Shown here one piece after another: positions 35,601 to 44,086 of a DNA stretch of 44,086 nt. The notes under the pieces were generated by a model. That model was not told the origin of the DNA and searched no databases. It was given only the letters and a program-made list of their open reading frames with translations. Both the position numbers and the translations under genes were made by a program. The first letter of the stretch is position 1, and each line of letters opens with the position of its first letter. The stretch is from Mesotaenium endlicherianum (taxonomy: Eukaryota). The stretch covers positions 142,166 to 186,251 of the forward strand of contig WELA01003469.1 of assembly GCA_009602735.1 (NCBI GenBank), read 5' to 3'.

Positions 35601-38600
35601 GGAAACCACCGGCTGTCCGGACCTGCCGGTGCCATCTCAGAGACCCAAAGGTGCACACGGAGACGGCCGCACATGGGCAGGGCAGCCCAGAGGAGAGCAG
35701 GCACATTGTCCCCCCACTGTGGAGAGCCTCCAGGCTTGCGTGAGAGCGAGGGGCTAGTGCTACCAGCAGCCTCGTCCTCCCTGAGCTCAGCCTTTCCTGG
35801 ATCAGGGCTGGCCTGGCCCAGGGTCTTTGGCCTTCCAGTGACCATGGCCGCGGCGGGGCCAGAAGCCACTGAGTGACTCCTCTGGCCGATGCTCTCGCTG
35901 GCGCCCCCACGATCTGCCCTGCCCCCTCAGGCGGGGGCACGCCCTCGACACGACCGGGCAAATAGGCTAAAAGAGTGGCACCGTATGATAGGGAGGCGAG
36001 GGGTAGGGAATGGGGGTGGGGGTNNNNNNNNNNNNNNNGGGTGGGGGGAGCGGGGAGGAAGAAGGCGGGGGGGGAGGGAGCGCACCGAGCACGCGCCACT
36101 GCTTGGGCTGCGCGTCCATGCGGGCGCCCAGGGAGCTGCACATGAACTTGCCCACGTGGCCCAGCCCGTCCTTGAGCACCTGTCGCCACTCCCCAGCACA
36201 CACGCACACACCGCGACACCGACGTTGAGGAGGGCGCGCTGGGCTGCTGTCGGTGCGCTGCTGGGCCACGTCCTCACACCAGCAATGCTGCTCCTGTATA
36301 CTACGTCTTGCCATTAGGTAGATACTGTAGCAGACGACAGCCCACGCACCAGGTCCACAAAGTCGGGGAGAAGGAGAGGGAGCGGGAGAGAGAGGGAGAG
36401 GGGACGGGGAGGCGGGGGAGGAAGAGCATACCCAGCTTGCAATGGTGGCGTGCGCTGAAGTCGAAGGCAGCCCCGCGGTGACCAGCAGGGACTGCATGCG
36501 CACACGCTCACGCGATGTCAGCATATGTATGTGAGCACCCCTGTCTGCCCCGACGGTACACAAGCGGCAGGCACTGGCAAGAGGACATCTCTCCTTCAGA
36601 GAAGGAGGGGNNNNNNNNNNNNNNNNNNNNNNNNNNNNNNNNNNNNNNNNNNNNNNNNNNNNNNNNNNNNNNNNNNNNNNNNNNNNNNNNNNNNNNNNNN
36701 NNNNNNNNNNNNNNNNNNNNNNNNGGGGGGGGACCTACTTGCGTGGAGAGCACCCCAAGCACGGCGGAGGCGCAGTGCTGCACGGCCCTGTATGCGGAGT
36801 ACGTCACATATCCGTCCGCCACGCTGCCCCGCCCAAGCCCCGCCACCCCACCCCGTCACGAACCTCGTCAGTCCCTGCTGCCCAGCACCGGATCCGGTGT
36901 TGTGAGCAGCTACTGCTGCCGCTGCTGCCCCTGCTGCTGCTGCTGCACCGGTTGCAACGGATGATGCACCAGTGCTGGTGACGAAGAGGGGGGGTGCAGA
37001 ATACTGGGGGCCAAGGGCGTGCATGCGTGCGTGCGTGCGTGCGTGCGTGCGTGGCTGGCATAACGTGAGGGCTAGGGCTGCGCGGGGCAAGCCGTACGTG
37101 CACGAGGGTGTAAGTCGTCTCTCCCACAGCCACACTGCCACTGCCACTGCCACTGCGGAGTGACGTGGCGAGCCGCAACTCCGGACCATCGTCCGTGCAG
37201 CAAATGTTCCCTCCCTCCTCCTCCCTGCCCCCCCTGATCCTCGCTGGCACCCCCGCACCCGCCCTCCAGCTTTCCTCCCTTCTGCAGGCCTTTTGTCACT
37301 GCAACTCCGCAGCTGAAAGCTGAGTGTGTGAGTGCATGCGTGCGCGGGTGGCGGTCGTGAGAGAAAGGGCCGAGCCAGTGTGAAGGTCAGAACCACAGAA
37401 AGAACTGCAGGCCGCCTCTCGTACATGGCATGCAAGGGGTGTGTGTGACTGTGTGTAACTGTGTGCGTGCGCGCACGCGAGTGTGCGTGGGGGAGAGGGG
37501 GGGGGGGAAGGGGGGAGGCATGTGGGTGGGTGCGCGCGCGTGTGTTTGTGTGAGCCTCTTGTGCACTCCCTCCCTCGCCTCACCCCGGGCTTCACGGCTG
37601 CTGCACATTTTGCAGCTGTTGTAGCAGAGCCCGAACGCGGGCAGTGGAAGAGCACACTTGTAAGGACCTCTGATCTGGCTGGGCAGTCCCCTCCCTCTCA
37701 CCTGTGCCCCTGCCCCTGTTAGTGCAGTAACTATGACAAACTGCGCGTGCTGCAATGCATCAGCCTGCAGCGAGTAAGCTCCCAGCGTGCGCCAACCAGC
37801 AAAGTAAAAAAGTTGTTCTTCCTAGGCCCGTCCGGGGGGGGGGGNCCTCCCCCCCCACCATTTCACGCGGGTCACAGACCCGCCCGCCCGCCCACCCGCA
37901 CGCACGCAAATCTCACGTGGCCTTTAGCTCGCGAACGTGCACGTGCAAATCTGTATATCGGACATGGTTTTTTTTTTCTAGCGTGCAAGGCTGGCCCACC
38001 CAAGCAACTAGGGGAGCTGGCCCTTGTTCTCCCTTTGCACTCTCTCACACACCACGCTCGGGTTCCTTCACTCCAGCCTCATCCTCTTGATCCAGGTCTA
38101 GCCACGGACTTCGCAAGTGACGCATACCCGACGACCCGGCAACTGCCATACGTCTCCTGTCCTTGTTCTCGTCCTGTCTTCACTTTGCCGTGGGAGCTGA
38201 TTCTGAGAATCGTCAAATCCAAGGAGCGGTGTTCCCACTCTTGCCACATGAGCCCCTCTTTGCTTTGCTTGTTCTCCGCAGAGAATACAGTGAAAACAAA
38301 CTATTGAAAACATATACACACATATATATGTGTGGTTGGAAAAAGAGAGGAGAGGGAGTGGCAAGAAAAGCAGGGTCCCCACAAGCTTTTTCAGCATTTC
38401 CAGCAAGCCACGCGCAAACAGCAGAGATTTTGCATGGTAGGTGCTGACAACCGCGAGGGACAGCTCGATCCACCAGCTGGGTATCTTCTCAGCACACCGC
38501 AGGCCTCTCCGTACTTCTGATGGGTGGCTAGCTGCTCAAAGGCTACCCAATGACCACGACCTGCTACTGGTCCGTGTCCGGGTCAGGGGCCTCTGTAAGA

Positions 38601-40196
38601 AAGAAAGAGTTTGCGGACCCCTATACATGTAGCACTGCAGCTGCTGGCAGCAGCAGCAGCAGCAGCACGACAGCATTCCCACACGGAGAATGTTCTTGTC
38701 TGCCTGTGGCAGCGGAGTCGTGGTAAAGCGGTGATGCCAGAGGCCAGCCCCCGACCCCTTGTTCCAGGTGCTGCCGCTGTTACCACCTACAACTGCCTCG
38801 CTCTTTCACAAGCTTAAGTCACACACCCCCACCCAAACTTGCAAGCGCACACACACACACACACGGAGTGAGGCACTACATAAACACACACAACGGGCGC
38901 TCGCGCGTGTGTGCATGCCCTCTGTGTCCAATCTGTGCCGGCCTGGTCTGCTACATTTGCATCAGCTGTTTGTTTCACCTGAGATGCTCTGACCAGAAAG
39001 ATTAAATCAAAGGTGCTCCCCCCCTTGCCCCCCGAGAGACGGGCACCGCACAAAGGGTCCTAGAGAAAAATCAGCAGCGCTCATGTCCGCCGTGCAGCTG
39101 GCAGCGCATGGCCTCAAGATGCAAAAAGGATGAGGGAAGAAGACAACACAGTGCGCCCCTGACTTGTCTGGCAGCTCGACGGTCACATCGACAATGCGCC
39201 TTCATTTGCCCCCATCTTACCAAACTCGTTGACGACGTGTCGAAATATGAGAACTCCTGGGAAACAAAGTCATGGCCGAGTGGGCCGAGTGGGCCGAGCC
39301 GGCAGCCCATTGCGTGTTGACAGGTCAGGGCCAGGTGTACTTGTGGACCTTATTGGGAACAGAAAAACGTAAAAAGGGGCTCCGATGCTCACCTCCAGCC
39401 GAGGGCTGCCCCCTCCTCCTCCTTCCACAAATCTGTACTTCTTGTGTACCTTCCCCGAGCTCTCTATCCAGACTTGCGCCTGAGTTTCTGCTCTGCCTTC
39501 ATCCCCCACTTTTATGTCTTTATATTCTACTTTCGTACCCCGCTTGCTCGACTCCCGCTTGCCCAGGCCTCCACTTGGCAGCAAACTGAAGGCTTCTTCC
39601 TCCGTTTCCACGTCTGTGTGCAACCCCTTCGGCCTCATCATTCCAGCCGACAAATCATGCCCCAAACCTTTCAAAGATCTGCTGGACACTCTGGACGAGA
39701 CAGAAGCCAAAGGCACGGTGTGAAGAGCACCCCACGTCAAATCCGGCTCCTGCTCTACAGGGGAACAAGCTTCTCCGCCCTTTCGCTCTTCGTACTGCAT
39801 GCTGCTACCAAGTTCAGGCGCATTGAGAAGGACGCTGGAGAGCGCTCTACTTAGGTCCACACGCTTGAAGAAATTTGCTGCTGAGCTTGTCAAATGTTCA
39901 TTCACAGACCTGCCCTCCGTTGCAGGCTTCGGCTGACACCTTCTCGAAATCTTAGCTTCCTTGAGAGAAATCAGAAATTGTGATCCACGTTCTAGCTGCT
40001 CCGAACAGCCTTTCCCAGATGCCATCTCTCTCTCCAAATACTGTTGTGCTTCCTGCAAGGAGCTAGCTACGCCACATAGCAGCTTGCATATGTTTCCGAA
40101 GTTATCTTTTCTTTGAGTTGCTATATTTAAAGTATCAGTATTCTGTTTGACATCTCTTTGTGAATGGTCACCCTCCAAGTTATTATCTCTAGCCAT
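32671..40196 (-). CDS. RUS2: ROOT UVB SENSITIVE 2 / WXR1 orthologue (DUF647) with long N-terminal extension
   Basis: Exons 40196-39393 (..VWIESSGKVHKKYRF), possibly 39256-39221, then 36823-36739 (SVADGYVTY..VLSTQ), 36491-36432, 36179-36086 (VLKDG..LGARMDAQPKQWR), 35414-35317, 34887-34705 (RATRLPIYSSFA..AKGEAIS), 34200-34078 (EMRAAPVNTLN), 33240-32671 (..GWHTNQFLESSGIRAVW*). One short conserved exon (FFPxGYP) was not found and may lie in the gap at 37845. Confidence 0.9.
34513..37845. other. Assembly gaps (N runs at 34513-34552, 36024-36038, 36611-36724, 37845) beside G-rich tracts in RUS2 introns
   Basis: N characters flanked by poly-G runs. Confidence 0.95.
37018..37052. repeat. (GCGT)n intronic microsatellite; other simple repeats include (CTG)n at ~14095, ~36915, ~38645, ~43158 and (CCCT)n/(CCAT)n at ~42310-42355
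   Basis: Directly visible tandem units. Confidence 0.85.
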
Positions 40197-41398
40197 GTCA
40201 AATATATATCACTCTAAAACGTAGTCCTATAATATGCCACCAGGCAACTATGTGCAGCGCTGACTTTCAGTGCTGTGCAGCGATCTGCACGGCTGCATGG
40301 ACTGAAGCTGGACTAAGACCCCTTTCCCTTCTGCGCCAAGCTCTTAGCCCAGCCGTAATCAAATGCAGCTGATAGCAGCGCCCTTTTCAGTGACCCCAGC
40401 TGTTAGAGTGCAATAGCGTGAGTAGCACCCTTCCCAGCGCAACCCAAAACGATTCGATGGCCAACTCACGTGAAACGTCAGCTACTACCGCCCTATATCT
40501 AATAAGTTTAATCTATTGATGAGGAATGCCCTGCAAATTGGTGTCCGCTGAGTAATAATGAATACCCTCGAAAATGCCCCCGAATGTTTTGTCGCTTTTT
40601 TTTGTTCTCCCGTCTTTTGGTGCCGATGGAGTTGGCAAGCGGTGCGCGGTTGATGGAGCTACCTACGATAGCGATCGATCGTCTAAATCGAAAAGTTACT
40701 AAGAAACCGCAATACTCAATCATATAATTTTCAAATTTTCATGAGCGATTAACACGGAATTGTGGAGAAGTTGTCATAACTGGTCGTAACGTGTCGTAAC
40801 AAGCTGACAGTGGTGGGAACACATTGACAGAGACGGGGATAGCTAGGCAGGAACGGAGGGGTACACGGGGGGAAAACAGGGGTTGAGGAGAAATTACGCA
40901 AAAAGCTATTGAAGGATTTTTAAGCTACGGAAAATGTCAACGTGAGGCAAATATTTTTGCATATAATATTACTTTCGATATATTAATAAAATCGTCCTTC
41001 GAATAAGTTTAAAAGTTTTGAGATAAAAAAAAGGCAAATACTGAATGCAATCAAGCAATATTCAAAAGATCCGCCAAATCTTACGCAAGTTTCCCCCGTG
41101 GACGGAAGCATCTTACAAGACTGGATTCCTTGAGAAATTTACCTCGCCCAACCTCTTCAGAACGCCTTACACTGAAACTTAAAGAGGTCGTCCTGTAGAG
41201 GTCTTCACGAATGTCTATCATTGGTACTCTCTTCACGTAAGGGGGGCAGCTGAGGTACAAGCGCATTCTTCAGCTGCCAGTGCTCGGCCAACGGCAGTAT
41301 TAAGCAGCCCCCTTGATTGCCATTGTCGCCATCTCAGGCTTGTCCAGGTATCCCTTTTACTTTGTTCAAACTAGTCACTCTGGCCTTCAACATTTAAG

Positions 41399-44030
41399 AT
41401 GGCGCCTTCAGCCGGTGCTTTGTGTATGCAGTGGACGGGGAGCGCCATTCTCGGGTCTAGTACAGGTGCAGCAGGAGCAAAGAGACTATTGCATGCAGCT
41501 CCTCCACAGGCCTGCTTATCAGTCAAGAGCCTTTTCCAATTGTCGGATCAGGCTTTTAGGATCAAATGCATGAGACAAGCAGCAACGCCTCATAGAGTGG
41601 GCCATATTACCAGACGGGGAGACAGAGCAAGTACAAGATGCGTTGCAGCTCCTTCGGCCCCACCCCTGGTCTCGCAGGCTCCAGATATGCGCAAGGTCAG
41701 GCTGCTCCCCTCATTTGGTCCTACCCGCTTCGGACATTTGCCAGAGCAGTGGAATCTTGCAATGCAGTCCCAGCGAGCACCTTTCCCTTTAAAAGTCATC
41801 TGTAAAGACACAAATCCCTTAGGTGAAGCAGCAGCAGCAGCAACAGCAGCTGGAGCAGGTCGCCAGAAGCTACTGCCGCGCTTTTGGGTGACTGTTGGCA
41901 CTGCCAGCTTTGCTCTATCCGGCTGCTGACGGTTGCATGTGAGGTCAGGGGTATTTGAGGAGACTGGAGATGAGAGAGAACTCTGATGGTGTAAGCCTCC
42001 GCAGTCCATGCATGACGAGGGGGAGGGGGAGGGGAAGGGGGGGTAGGAGGGCGAGTGTGCTCTTATCTGACTGGCTGTGAATACCGTGCGAGAGGGGACA
42101 CAAGCAGAGGAGACGCGGATACGCGAGCGCACACACACACGCACATACACGAGAGTTGTCTGCTAAATGCAAGCGTGCACAGCGAGCCAGCCTGGCTTGC
42201 CAGCAGCCAGCTCAGCGCATCTGTCCCCTAGCCCCTCTAGACCGGACCAGAGCGCAAGAGGGCCGCTTGCTGAGCTCCAGCAGTAACACCAGCACCCTGC
42301 CGTCCTCCCCCCCTCCCTCCCTCCCTCCCTCCCTCCATCCATCCATCCATCCATCCCCTTTTTCTGGTGCTTGCACCACCTCTCTCTGCCTGCTGCTCCT
42401 CCCGCCGGCTGGCAGCTCGATGAGGCGTGTGTCGTACGCACGCGCGTAAGATGAGGTTCCTAGTTTCCTCGGCCTCCCTTCCCTCCCAGCAATGGTGACG
42501 CGGACAAGGAATGTCTGATGTTTGGGGCTTTGCTCTCTCCCAGAGGAGAAGAGCGCAAGGACAGGCTTTGGGTTCTGGGGCCTTCTTGCGTCAGTGGGGC
42601 ACACTTCGTGCTGCCGGCGTTGCACACGCTAGGTAAGGGGATAGGTGGACGCTGACTCGGCGGGGTGGGGGCCAGACAAGGGGCCGACAGGTCTCCAGTC
42701 TGCCCTGCAGGTTTGTCTAAAAGGCTCTTTTGCTCTCCCACTCAAATTTTCTCGATAGGGGCCAATGCTGGCGCTGCTGGCCAGGACCTGGGCGACCGAG
42801 GACCTGAAAGGCAATGGAGGGACGGCGGTAAAAGGGGGGATGGGGGGGGCGCGGGGTAATACTCTTGTGTCATCTGTATGGAGGCTGAGGTGGACGAGGG
42901 GCAGGGGGGCTAGGAAGAAGGCGCGGGTGGCCGTCCTCTCCTCCGCAGCGCCCTCGCCTCGTTGCTCTGCCTGCCTCCCCTCCTTCTCCCAAACTAGGCC
43001 TATTCTCAGAAGGGCAAGGGAGGGGGCGGAAGGGGGGGAAGGAGGCGGCCCCTGGTGTGCACGCGGCGGGGGGCTCCTGCATGGGCCTGCCAGCTCACGC
43101 TGTTCCTGCCGCAAGGACAGGGGGGGACAGCCGGGGGGGAGTAACACCCCTTCCCCGCTGCTGCTGCTGCTGCTGCTGCTGCTGCAGCGGCGGCTTTTAG
43201 CCCCTCAGGCCCTCGGAGCTGCGTGCGTGCCCCTCCCCTGGCGGGCTGCAGGTGATAGAGCGGCTGATGGAGCGCGAGGATCTCAGCGAGGAGGACACGC
43301 AGGCGGCCATGGAGGCGCTGCTGCAGGAGGGCGGCGCGGAGGTGGCGCAGATCGCCGCCTTCCTGGTGCTGCTGCACGCCAAGGGCGAGACGCCCGAGGA
43401 GGTGCGTGCCCACCTGCCCGCCTGCACGCCGCAGCCAGACGCAGCAGCAAGGGCAGCGGCATTGGGGCCGCCGGCCGGTGGAGGCTGCGCGGTGGTGGCT
43501 CATTCGGCTTGCTCCATGCGCGTCGTTGTGGCCTTGCTGCTGCTGCTTCTTCTGCTGCTGCTTCAGTTTGACTGTGCTTTCAACTTGGTGGGCATGTGTG
43601 TGTGGGGGTGTCTGCGAGTGTGAGCGTCCACGCATTTTTTCTGCTCAATATCCCCCCTCCTCCTCCTTCTCCTCCTTCGGGATAGTCCCTTTCCAAAGGA
43701 CTAGCCCCCATCCCTCGCCTCTGCAACAGCTCCTTTCTGCCTCCTCCCTCCCTCCCTCCCTACACTCAGCAACCCCGTCGCTGGGCAACCTCAAGCACAA
43801 AGCTCCGATATAAGCTCAACACTCTCTGGCTACTGGCACCACCCTGGCGATGGTGGCAACGGCGACAGGTGGCGGGGCTGGCAAAGGCCATGCGCAACAG
43901 CTGCGTGCCGGTGCACACGGGGCTGGACACGCTGGACATCGTGGGCACGGGCGGCGACGGGGCCAACACCGTAAACATCTCTACGGGCGCGTGCGTGCTC
44001 GCCGCCGCGTGCGGCGCCAAGGTCGCCAAG
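41399..44030 (+). CDS. PAT1: Plastid anthranilate phosphoribosyltransferase (TrpD), 5' part; runs off the window
   Basis: Exon 41399-41695 (Ser/Ala/Arg-rich transit-peptide-like), 43252-43401 ([18 protein letters not shown]), 43869-44030 ([27 protein letters not shown], the PRPP-binding motif). Phase-0 GT-AG introns. Confidence 0.95.
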
Positions 44031-44086
44031 GTGGGGGATCTGCCCTGCCCCTCATTCCCCCCTCCCTCCCTCCCTCCCTCCCTCCC

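Noticed and set aside
32566..38990. Numerous overlapping 100-280-aa ORFs on both strands
   Set aside because: Stop-poor GC-rich introns and antisense frames of RUS2 exons, with no recognisable motifs.
42156..43250. ORFs within PAT1 intron 1
   Set aside because: Microsatellite-derived low-complexity translations; exons 1 and 2 of PAT1 join in frame without them.

Overview
Eukaryotic, intron-rich genomic DNA. The gene families present (RUS2, RSZ-type SR protein, plastid anthranilate phosphoribosyltransferase, PR-1-type CAP domain) and the GC-rich, microsatellite-laden introns suggest a green plant lineage, probably a streptophyte alga; this is an inference. 1-5610 is the 3' part of a Ty3/gypsy chromovirus: RT-RNaseH-integrase-chromodomain with a frameshift and a mutated integrase Asp, then an intact ~558-aa extra ORF, a PPT and a 718-bp 3' LTR. 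5.6-11.2 kb is AT-rich intergenic DNA with tRNA-like and Mutator-like remnants. Six spliced host genes follow: a secreted 6xEGF+CAP protein (+), an eIF4B-motif/zinc-knuckle protein (-), a conserved uncharacterised plant protein (+), a long RSZ-type SR protein (-), RUS2 (-) and the 5' part of PAT1/TrpD (+). The best novelty candidate is the retroelement's extra gene. It sits in the env position but looks soluble and nuclear, is bracketed by a duplicated PPT, and has a TACTAAC branch point and acceptor just before its ATG, with a matching GTAAGT donor at the end of the LTR. Other notable patterns: 'inverted' introns (C-rich 5' end, G-rich 3' end), exact 10-bp-period repeats in every promoter region, and a CAP domain lacking all four conserved cleft residues. 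All exon models were read by eye.
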